The notes below the pieces were generated by a model that ran no database searches, was not told the DNA's origin, and saw nothing but the letters and a program-made list of their open reading frames with translations. DNA of 64,000 nt from Malacoraja senta (Eukaryota). The DNA lies in the NCBI GenBank assembly GCA_038087875.1, contig CM075993.1:6016001-6080000 (forward strand), in the 5' to 3' direction. Numbering within the stretch: position 1 is the stretch's first letter; every line of letters starts with the position of its first letter. This document shows positions 24,801-36,800 of the stretch, piece by piece. Made by a program: the position numbers and the translations under genes.

Positions 24801-27800
24801 TCCCTGTCCCCTCTCTCAGTCCACCTTCTCCCATCTTTCATGTGTTCTCCCTGCCTTCTCAAATACTTTCCTCATTCTGTCCGTTCACAGCCCTCTTTCC
24901 TTCCCCCCCCCCCATCCGTTTCCTTTTCCATTGCTCTTTTCTCCTTCTCTAACCCTTTCCTCAGTTGTTCCTTTCACTTCCCTTATTCTCCTCCCCTTCT
25001 TAACCCCTTCTGCAATCTCTCTGTTCCCGCTTAGTCTCGCTCCCTGCCTACCCATCTCCACCGTTGACACTGCAAGCGGTGGAAAAGCGGCGGAAAAGAT
25101 TGTAAAATCACAGAGAAAAGGCAAGCAGCGTGGCCGCAGATTCTTAATGCTGCCGCGTTCATGCTCCACACTTAATCTACATCGCCAAAGCAGGTACATT
25201 GGCGAGCAATCCTATCTCTTGAGTCAGAGAGTTGCAGGTTCAAGTCCCACTCCAGAGCTGTGTGCAGGTTTTAAACGCCAGCAGAAGGATTACAACAACA
25301 AGACCCAATGCAGCCCACAGTCCCAGAACAGGACTCCCAACAGTTCTCACCCACAAATGCTCCTGTAATAGTATTGATTTATTTTGCTTACTTGCAGATA
25401 CTGTGTTTTCAACGATCGATAATCTTTGGAAATCAGACCTGAAGGGGAAATACACAAGAAGAATATTAAACTGACAATTCTGAAATGGAGATACAAGAAA
25501 CTGCAAATGCTGGAGTCTGGAGCACAAAAATAACTCAGCGGGTCAGGCGGCATCTGTAACATCAGGTAGGACCATCATCAGTCATTCCCTTCCACAGATG
25601 TTGCTCGACTCCATGAGTTCCTCCAGCACTTTCTAATGCAAACTGTGGCAAAGCTCTGAAATATTATCATTTCACTTTAAAGAAAAAGTCATTCCTGAGA
25701 AGATCCAACTATGTAACAGCAGATAATTTAAAATCTGAAGAAGGGTTTCGGCCTGAAACGTTGCCTATCTCCTTCGCTCCATAGATGCTGCTGCACCCGC
25801 TGAGTTTCTCCAGCATTTTTGTGTAACCTCAGATAATTTAAAAGATGTGCCTAGAATTCTCCCAGTGAATAGGGAGAAACTATTTCCAGTAATTGTACAA
25901 GTATGTGTACCACTTCACACAAATGAAGGATAAGTTGTGAAAAAATCAAGGGGGGGGGGGAAAGATTTTTTTCAAGAATATTGCAAGTTATTATAAAAAG
26001 ATGCAAACTTTATTGTTCCATGTGTCTGCACTATATGATCGCTATGCATCACTTTTCTGCTCAAGATTCAGATTAGTTTGCTGTCATATTCACCGACAAG
26101 GAAATTCCTAGTTCGCATGAAGCTCAGACCACAGAGTGTACTTGGTAATAATAGATACAATAAATGCAAAACAGTAGAATGGTGCAGAGATTGTCGTGCA
26201 ATCTGAAGCAGTGCAGCAAAAACTAAAGTACAATAACAGAATAGTTTTAGTGAGAGTATGTGGCAGCAGCTTTGGGAAGGACGTGGGAAATAGGTGATTG
26301 ATTTCGGAGTATAATAGCGGTGGGGAAGAAGCGGTTCTTAAGACCGGACTATCAAGTCTGTATTTTCTCCCAGAGGTAAAGAGAGAAAAGGGAATGGTCA
26401 GGGTGGCTGGCATCCTTGACAATGCTTCCAGCCTTACTGATGCATGGCCAAGTAAATGGAATGGATAGAAGGAAGTGATGAGCCTGCGATGGACTGGGCA
26501 GGTTCAGGTGGTCAAGGGTGGAGCAGTTGCCAGGAAATGAGTGAAGGGGCCAAGGAGTTGAAGGGAGGGAAAAATTGGCCATAGGAACTGAAGCAGGGAG
26601 GAGATCGGGATCAGGTGACTGAGGGAGAGGGTGTGGGCAAGTGGTTGTGCCTGTTTAGTTCATTAATTTAGAAATACAGTGCGGAAACAACCCTTCGGCC
26701 CACCGGGCCCACACCGACTGGCGGTCCCCACACATTAACACTATCCTACACACACCACAGACAATTCACCTATAAACCTGTACACCTTTGGAGTGTGGGA
26801 GGAAACCGGAGGTCTCGGGGCAAACCCACACGGTCACTGAGAGATCGTACAAACTCCGCACAGAGTTGGGGTCTCTGGCGCTGTAAGGCAGCAACTTTAC
26901 CGCTGCGCCACCATGCCGCCATGTGTTTGTGAGTGTGAACATTTGCAGGGATCGTGTCTCACAGTATCCCCACTCATGTAATGACTTGGTGTTTGAAGGT
27001 TTCAAACTCACCATTTTCTGTCAGCGAAAGTAGACACATCAGCCGGAGACTCTCAAAGGGAGAAATCTGAAAAACCAAGTCAGCAGAGGGTAAAAACAAA
27101 CCAGTCGAGTGTGGAGAATGTTAGCAGTTTACAATGCCACAGAGCTTTTCTTTTGCTTGACCTTTGATGCAGGAAACTTGTTCCCGATGTTGGGGAAGTC
27201 CAGAACCAGGGGCCAAAGTTTAAGAATAAGGGGTCGGCCATTTAGATGAGGAAAAGCTTTTTCACGCAGAGAGTTGTGAATTTGTGGAATTCTCTGCCTC
27301 AGAAGGCAGTGGAGGCCGATTCACTGGATGCATTCAAAAGAGAGTTTGATAGAGCTCTTAGGGCTAGCGGAATCAAGGGGATATGGGGAGAAGGCAGGAA
27401 CGGGGTACTGATTGGGGATGATCCGCCATGATCACATTGAATGGCGGTGCTGGCTCGAAGGGCTGAATGGCCTACTCCTGCACCTATTGTCTATATATCT
27501 ATGTACCTTCAACCATACTTGAGAAAGTGGCAACATTCGCGTGAGATGTTTTCAATGACTATGTATAAGAAATATTTAGATAGACACTTGAATAAGAAAT
27601 GCATCAAAGGATCAAATCTAATACAAGAAAATGGTATTAGTGTAGATGGCACAAAGGTCAGTATGGACGTTTAGTTTAGTTTAGAGATACAGCATGGAAA
27701 CGGGCCCTTTGTCCCATCATGTCTGCTCCGACCAACGATCAACCTTACATTAGTTCGATGCTATCCCAGTTTTGCACCCTACACACGAGGAGCAATTTAC

Positions 27801-30800
27801 AGAAGCCAATTAACCTACAAACATCTTTGGAGACCTGGGAGGAAACCGGAGCTGGACAAAACCCACAGTCGCAGAAAGAATGTACAAACTCCGTACAGAC
27901 AGCAGCTTTAGTCAAGAACAAACCCGGGGCTCTGGCGGTGAAAGGCAGCAACACTACTGCTGCGCCGTTTTGCTAAAGGATTTCTGTGCTGTACAACTCT
28001 ATGCCTCTATTGAACTGTGGATCTGGTGCATGGGATGAAGGAAAATCACAGCCTGACTCTGGTCTCTGCTGATGAGCAAAAGGACACTTACAGCCGGGGA
28101 CTGCCAGTTTACCAGCAGGAGTGGGAACGCACTCTTATTTTCCTCACCATCGTAAGCCAGTTAAAGTAAAAGTAAATTTCACATATTCATTAAACGTGTT
28201 ATAAAGATTATTTCCTATTGCCCAAGCATAATTCCTGATCTGTTTTATGAGGGTAATTAAATCCAGCATTCCCTCTGCCCTTCCAAGTGATTGTGACACA
28301 GAACACCTCCTTAGCCAAACGTGTGACTTGCCCAACTTGAACTCAGTACATCCTGAGCTGTAAAACAGGCACAGCTCAGCAGTTTCACTTCAATTGGCCT
28401 CTACAGGATGGCCGAGTGATCTCAATACACATATAACTGGTACACATACCTGCCTGTTAATGTGCTCCTCAATACAGGTGGTGCTCTCTCTGATCTCGAA
28501 CCCTTCCAACAGTGCTGAAGAGGAGAAGTCAGTCAGTGAGCGGAACACAGACAGAACGCATACTGAAGAACTACAATAATTTGATAACAAAACTGAAATT
28601 CGTCTTAGGAACGTGCGATTCAAGAATAATCCCCAGGAGACAACACGTGACTGAAGGCTCTTGCAGCCACCTCTTTAACTTCCAAACATTTTTCTGTAAT
28701 CATTTGTGGGAACTGGGTGTTTCTGGCGAGGCCACCATTTCCTGCCCATCCTTTTGAAACGAGACACTCCTGGCATTGAAAGTTGGCTCGCTAGGGGAAA
28801 AAATATTCATCATCGTCAATGGAATTTTACAGAGAAGAAATTCTTCCAGATTCATTCCAAATCCCATTTGCATTAAGGCTATCATTAAGTGCATCAATAG
28901 AATAAGTTCCCGTTTTGGAATTTGTGCAGATCTTACACCAGGGAGCTGAATGCCGAGTACTAACTCCACTTCCAGTCTTGTTTAGCAGACTTTGTGGGCT
29001 GAAGGGCCTGTTCCTGTGGTTCAATGGCACTTTATAGCCACATGTGCCTTGGGACTCTGATATTCCTTCTTTTCATACAATTCAGTATAAAATCTTACTA
29101 TACGTAAGCACAATCATACTAAGTGTGTACGTAGGTACACTCTTGTATCAGACAATAGTGTAAGGATAGTAGATTATACTGTGGCAGTACACAAGAGTCG
29201 AGGCTCTACTGTTCTATGTTTAATACGTGTAGACGCCAAGGTTTTTCAAATCTCAGCTTGGGGTCAGGTAATCACTGCTTCTTCGCTCACCCAGCCTCCC
29301 TCCTGCCTTGTGTCACCCCGCTGGCCTCGAGACTTTCCCCACATCCCTTCATGCACAATGAAAAGACTACCTGCAATGAACAAAGACCATCTGCTTGGCC
29401 TCTCACTGAATCATACCATGCTCAGATTTCAGCAGCTCCTGAAAGTCCTGCTTTGTTTTCTTCTTCATAATTGACTCGCAAGCTCCAATATCTATGAAGA
29501 AGGGGGATGAAGTGTAGGTCAGTAATTCAGGGGTGGTAGAGTAAACGGCGGTAGAGTTGCTGTATCTCGAAAGTCTAAAGGATCCAAGTCTAAACTGTAA
29601 AGTCTGAGACCGGGCGTGGACGGTTTGGGCAGATCACCTGCATTCTGTCTACAACAGCCATCTTGAGCTCCTGGGTTGATATCATTACAACTCTCTTTCT
29701 CTATCCCCACACACCGATCTGTCTGTCTTCCGCTGCCACAGTGAGGTCAAACACAAAGCATAGACTCAAAGCATAGCACCACAGATTCTGTCTGGGTAGC
29801 TTTCAGTCCAATGCTATGAACCTCCGATTTACCGTTTACAGTAGATAACCCACCTCGCCTGTGGTCCTCTCTCTCTCCTACCAGTCCACCAGGGTCTTCT
29901 GCAGTTGTACAGGGCCCTAGTGAGACCACACCTGGAGTATTGTGTGCAGTTTTGGTCCCCTAAATTGAGGAAGGCCATTCTTGCTATTGACGGAGTGCAG
30001 CGTAGGTTTACAAGGTTAATTCCCGGGATGGCGGGACTGTCATATGCTGAGAGAATGGAGCGGCTGGGCTTGTACACTCTGGAGTTTAGAAGGATGAGAG
30101 GGAATCTTATTGAAACATATAAGATTGTTAAGGGTTTGGACACGCTAGAGGCAGGAAACATGTTCCCGATGTTGGGGGAGTCCAGAACCAGGGGCCACAG
30201 TTTAAGAATAAGGGGTAAGCCATTTGGAACGGAGACGAGGAAACACTTTTTCTCACAGAGTGTTGTGAGTCTGTGGAATTCTCTGCCTCAGAGGACGGTG
30301 GAGGCTGGTTCTCTGGATACTTTCAAGAGAGAGCTAGATAGGGCTCTTAAAGATAGCGGAGTCAGAGGATATGGGGAGAAGGCAGGAACGGGGTACTGAT
30401 TGGGGATGATCAGCCATGATCACATTGAATGGCGGTGCTGGCTCGAAGGGCCGAATGGCCTACTCCTGCACCTATTGTCTATTGTCTCTCTCCCTTTGTT
30501 TAACTTTTCCATTACTGCTCCCCTCATCCCCTCAACGCATCAGCCTTCCCCTCCTGATTAATTCTGCCCATTACTCACATACCCATCCAGCTAGGTTTGT
30601 TTACGCTTGGTTCGCTTTCCTATACCCTCCCCCTTCTGATTCCATCTGTCCATCATCCTCCCCTTATCTGGGTCCACCTATGACTTACTGGCCTCTCTCT
30701 CTCTCATTTCCATACACTGGCGACTGGCTACCTTCCATCTACACTCTGTCCTGAAACATCGACCATCCCTCCACAGATACTGCTTGACCAGCTGAGGTCT

Positions 30801-33800
30801 TCCAGCATTTTTCTTTTAGCTCCAGGTTGCAGCATCCCCAGTCTCACGTCCCCATTATAAAAATGATATGTGACCAACTGAGACTGCAGATGCTGTGAAG
30901 GAAAAGGGACAAATGACATTTTGGGTTGACACCTTTCTTCAAGACCGAGTAGAGGAGAGATTGCAGGCAGGAGGTTGGAAGGGTTGGGGAAAAATCTGGC
31001 AAGGTGGATCTAGGTAAGGAGGGGCGATTGCCAGATGTATCAGGTGGGGGGGGGGGCAGTAAGGTGGAGATAGTCACCACTGGAGCTGACAAGTGGGGAA
31101 AATGAAGGTGGAGGAGGGAAAGGGAGGCGGGTAACGGAGAGAGACAGAGAGATGGAAAGAAAGGTGTGCGTGAGAGGACCTGGGTAGATCAGCAGGAGAG
31201 AGAGGGGCGGGCTGGACCCTTGCTGCTTTTTGAGCGAAGAGGCGAGATCATTGAAGCCCCACGGAGGCCAGATGATGTCTCGACTTACGGTTTTACTCTG
31301 TTAACATGGCACTTGACCAGCCAGTGGACAGCCAGGCTTAATTACGGTCTCCGTTGACAAGGAGGACTAAACCCGCAACCCTCCCACTCAAGCAGAGCAA
31401 TGCCACCAACCATATTCGCCATGGCACGGTGACCCTACACATCACAAGATGCCTGATCTTGGGCACTTACGAAGACTCAATAATCGATGCTCCTGCTTCA
31501 AGCTCTTTAGTTCTTGAGACACAAAATCCTTCATCTGTTTAATGTCCATCCCTTGGCGTTTCTGCATGGAACAACAAATCAAGCTCATTCACAGTCCGAT
31601 CTATGTCCCCTTCTCCTAATCCCAATTTTCTGCCTCTTCTAAAGGGACATTCAACATACCAATTGTATCTTTATCAACCATTCCAGTAAAAGTAACTGGA
31701 CTATGAATCCAAACAATACTTCCACCCTCCTCTGTTGACGGTGCTCAGTGTTGCTTCCATGGAAGTCAAGAATCCAATTACCTGTTGGGCCCCACTCAAA
31801 ATTTGATAGGATGCTGATAAAATATCACTGACTTTGTCTTCAGAGAACTGCCACTCCACTTGTTTAATGCATTTGGTTCAATAGAAACACCTTTAATTGC
31901 TAACACCAGACTGTTCATCAAGGTAATATGTTCCTCCGTCTCCCTTCCAACGATACTCACATCATATTGCATTTGGAGCCTTCTTGCTTTCTGACTCAGG
32001 AACCCAAACACGTTGGAGAAATGTTCATTCCGAATCTCCTTGAAAACCTGCAAAAATCAGCCATGGGTGTGAATAAACAAATCAGTTTCTGGTTGAGGGT
32101 GGAAAATATGTGATTGAGTAAATTCAGCTCAATTATTTGCTGATCACAACATCCAAACAATCCCAGCCAAAAGGTGACAGAGTTCGGAGAGATTGCCAGA
32201 GCAAAGGATAGATCTGACCAAATTTTGTGCCTTCCACCACAGTGATGAATGCTGTGGTGGATGTTTGTGTTAAAAAAAATTGTGTTTTTGTGTGTTCTTT
32301 TTCATTGTACCGCTGCTGGCAAATTCATTTCACTTGCACCATATGTGCAAGTGACGAATAAAACTGACATTGAATTGATATTGAGATAGAGGTGGATACA
32401 AGAGGTGTGATTATCAAGAGAGGGATGAGGAGATTTAGTCTTTAGACTTTAGAGATACAGCGTGGAAACAGGCCCTTCAGCCCACGCCAACCAGTGATCC
32501 CCGTACACAAACACTATCCTACACACTAGGGACAATTTACAATTAACAGAAGCCAATTAACCTACAAACCTGCATGTCTTTGATCTGTGGGAGGAAACCG
32601 GAGCACCCAGAGAAAGAACACACAGTCACAGGGAGCACGTACATACTCCGTACAGACAGCATCTGTAGTCAGGGTCACCCATCCTTTTTCTCCAGAGATG
32701 CTGCCTCACCTGCTGAGTTATTCTCACACTTTGTGTCTATTATTGGTATAAACAAGCATCTGCAGTTCTTTACTTCTACATCTATGCTTAAAAGCTAGTT
32801 TTTCGAGCTGTTTGACAGTATGCCTTGAAAAACGAAAAATTGTTGAGTCTGAATTTTCTCAGTCATGGAACACCTCCAAGTGCATTCCATTCTAAACCTC
32901 AGCGCTGTTAAACTGCAGTCAGGACAAAACCAGCAAGCAAGAAATTACAAATAGGACAGAGTTGTTAAGCTGTACTTGGGAATTTTGTTCCCGCGGTGAG
33001 TGATGAGATGAGACGAGAAGAGTGACGAGTTCTCAGCTTCAGAGATTATTGCTGAACCTCCAGCCTAATTCAGAGGTAAAAGAATCAAGAGCTTCTTTAT
33101 CAGGTGCTTGGTGTGATATGTAAACTGCTGTGGCTGTGTTAGCTTCATGGCCAATTATATCTTTCTCTCACCTTGTCATGAGAGTTCAGTAACACTTTCA
33201 CACTTTTTTCCGATGATGTTACTTCAGAGCCAAAGTCCACACTCCCTGAAATTCATCAAGAAAAGATTCCAGTTACTTTCTCGAGAAAGCAGACATGTTC
33301 CGTACAGCAAGGCACCGTGAAATCAATCTCGCAACTCCTCTTCCTCCGCGCCAGTCTGAAGGTATAACAACCGCAATTAGGCTGAAACTAATTTTGTTCA
33401 ATCACTCTGAGTATACCACCAGGGGCGCCGTACGATGGCTGCTCCGCCGGCAGTCTGTTCGTTTTTTCATCTTTTTTTTTAATTTTTAGTGTTTGTTAAA
33501 AGTTTGTTTTAATGATCTCCAGTTTGTCTTATGTGGGGGGGAGGGGGAGGGGATCGGGGAAACTTTTTTTCAGGTTCTTACCTTGCCGGAGATGTGATTA
33601 ATTTTCGGATCGCATTCTCCGGGCGCTTTGCGGCCTTCCATCGATGGAGCTGGAGGCCTCCTCGGACTGTCGTGAGCCCCACCGCGGGGCGCGGACTTAA
33701 CATCAGAGCTGATCCCTTGCCTGGGATCGCTCCAACCGCGGCCTGCGGACTTACCATCAAGAGCTCGCAGTCTCGGGAGAGGCCGAGTCGGGGAGCTCCA

Positions 33801-36800
33801 ACGATGCAGAAGGTTCGACCCGCCCCGACGCGAGGTTCGATCGCCCGGCGCGGGGGAGCTGACATCCCCCCGATGCAGGAGCTGATCACCTCGACGCGGA
33901 GGGCCCGAACGCCACCGGCTACGGGAGTCAAGATCGTCCCGTCAACGGAGGGCTCGAGGCCCCCGACCGCGGGAGAACGAAGGGAAGGGACTTGAACTTT
34001 ATTTCGCCTTCCATCACAGTGAGGAATGTGTAGGAGTCACTGTGGTGGATGTTCATGTTAAAATGTGTTTTGGGTGTTTTGTTGCTTTTTATTTGTATGA
34101 CTGACTTGGCAAACGAAATTCCTCGTACGTTGCAAAACATACTTGGCAAATAATTCTGATTCTGATTCTGAGAAAGCACTGGCCTGCACCAGAGTACCGT
34201 TCTTTGTTCATCTCATTTGCGAGGGTCAAAATGGCACGGTATGATACTGGCTCAATGGGTAGCATTCAAAGTCACAAACTTCGGACGAAAGTCAGGCTCG
34301 AATTGAAAGCGCAGCAGAAATCTGGACACTTACCAGGAGAGGTCCTTAGTTTGGTTTAGTTTAATCTAGTTTAGAGATACAAGCCCTTTGGTCCACCGAG
34401 TCTACGCCAACCAGCGATCACCCCGTACACTAGCGTTATCCCACTCACTCGGGACAATTTACAGAAGCCAATCAACCGACAAAACTACACGTCTTTGGAA
34501 TGTGGGAGGAAACCAGAGAAAACCCACGCAGTCACAGGGAGAACGTACAAACTCCGTATAGACAGCACTCATAGACAGGATCGTGCCCGGGTGCCTGGCG
34601 CTGGAAGGCAGCAACTCTACCGCTGCGCTGCCCAGCTGCTGTCTCGCGCATTATCTTTTAGTCAAGATGTTAAACTCAGACACTGCCTGTCCACTCACCC
34701 CCGACACGGATTCTTCGGCTAAAATCACTGAAAGATATTATTTGGTGCTATCTAACTAAGAGCTCCTTGTGCACAAAGGATGTCATTGTCCACATACCCG
34801 ATCCTGCACCTCCCATTCACCTGAATGTGGACCTACTGGCAAAGTCAAAGCATCAAAGAATCAGGGCGACACAGTGGCACAGAGGTAGAGTTAGTACATT
34901 TACCAGCGACAGCGTGGATTTTCTCCGGGTGCTCCGGTTTCCTCCCACACTCTAACGATGTACAGGTTTATAGGTTATTTGGCTTCTGTAAATTGTAATT
35001 TATCACTAGTGTGTCAGATAGTGCTAGTGTACGGGGTGATCGCTGGTTGGCATGGACTCGGTGGGCCGAAGGGTTGTCTCTTTCCATGTTGTATCCCTAA
35101 AGTCTAAAATCAGGAGTGCGGCCTCTGGGAAACAGTTACACTTCCCGACGAGATAGCATCACCCACGGTGAAGCTCAGAGGCAAAGATGAAGTACTCCTT
35201 GCCCCATCCTTACACTAAATGGTCATTTGTCATTTGCTTCTCCATCCTCTGCTGCCCACACGTACTCCCATACAGATTTACTTTGTTCGCATCCCAAAGC
35301 CTTGCGGGTTTGTAGGTTAATTGGCCTTTACCTCGACTATGTCGGGAGCGGATGAGAAAGTGGGATAACAAAGAACTAGTGCGAACAGTGTTGGGGTGGA
35401 CTCGGTGGGCCGAAGGGCCTGTTTCTATGTTGTATCTCTAAACTAAAGGCATGTGAGAGTTAGATATAGGGCTAACGGAATCAAGGAATATGGGGAGAAA
35501 GCAGGAACGGGGTACTGATTTAGGATGATCAGCCATAATAATAATAATATTTGTATTTATATAGCACTTTTCAATCAAATCACTTGAAACCAAAGTGCTT
35601 TACAGAGAATTATCCATATCCATATGTTGATATCAACATATCAACATTCACACGCAGGCAAAGGTGGGTGAAGTGTCTTGCCCAAGGACACAACGACAGT
35701 ATACACTCCAAGCGGGATTCGAACCGGCTACCTTCCGGTTGCCAGCCGAACACTTAGCCCATTGCGCCATCTGTCGTCCCTGTTGAATGGCAGTGCTGGC
35801 TCGCGGGCCGAATGGTCTACTCCTGCACCTATTTTCTATGTTTCTACATGTGGTGAGGTTCATGCACTAACCCACTGCACACCCAGCACCTCTCTGCCCA
35901 CCACCACTCTTTGCCAGCTCTGTATGGGACAGACAGAAGCTTCCAATTTGCATATCGCTCACTGATCACAGCGTAATGCAGCAGGCAGGGTGGGGAAAGT
36001 CACTCACCACATTTAATTCGGAATACATCGTCCACGAGTCCCTCGTACACAACTTGCGAGCACATGGGGGTGACGTAATCCACATCTGCAGAGAAAGCAC
36101 GCGTGCTTGAATGTGATGCCGGACATGGTAATAATGACTAAACCAGCTTCTGATACCCTTATTTTACAGGAAGACATACACTGGGGAAATTGCATTTTAC
36201 TCTGAACTCAATCGGTAAAGAATGGTGCCTGGAATAGTTATTCCATGTTAGCTATCAGGAGAGGTTGGCCACAGTTGGATTCTTTTCTCTGGAGCATCAT
36301 AGGTTGAGGGGAGACCTGATAGAAGCACATAAAATTATGAGAGCCAAAAATCGGGTAAACAGTCAGAAACCTTTTCCAAGGGCAACAATGTCGACGACTG
36401 GAGGGCAAGAGTCAAGAGTCAAGATCAGAGGGGGAAAGTTTAAAGGAGATGTGTGGGGCAAGTGTTTTTGGCACATTGAGTGGTGGGTGTCTGGATCACG
36501 CTGCCAGTGGTGGTGGTGGTGGAAGCAAATTTTGTGCAATCTAAACAGTCATCATATTTTGTACATTACTGGTTTTCTTTATGCTGCTGCACCTCGGTCA
36601 ATGAAGAAAACTTGACCAATCTCAGCCTGCCGTGGTTTCATTTCACTCTCCGAATCCTCCACAATTTCTTTCCATAGCTGGTAGGTCATCTACACAAAAG
36701 AGAATAAAGGTGTGAAAATGGGGCATGGGGACAAGAGTGGTATAACAAGAAACAGCATGTGCAAGAAATGTACAAGAAGGGCATATTAGAGTGAGCAGGG

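Noticed and set aside
33531..33995. 154-aa GC-rich ORF or apparent CpG-island promoter
   Set aside because: Lies inside an interspersed repeat that has a second, ORF-disrupted copy at about 580-1330.
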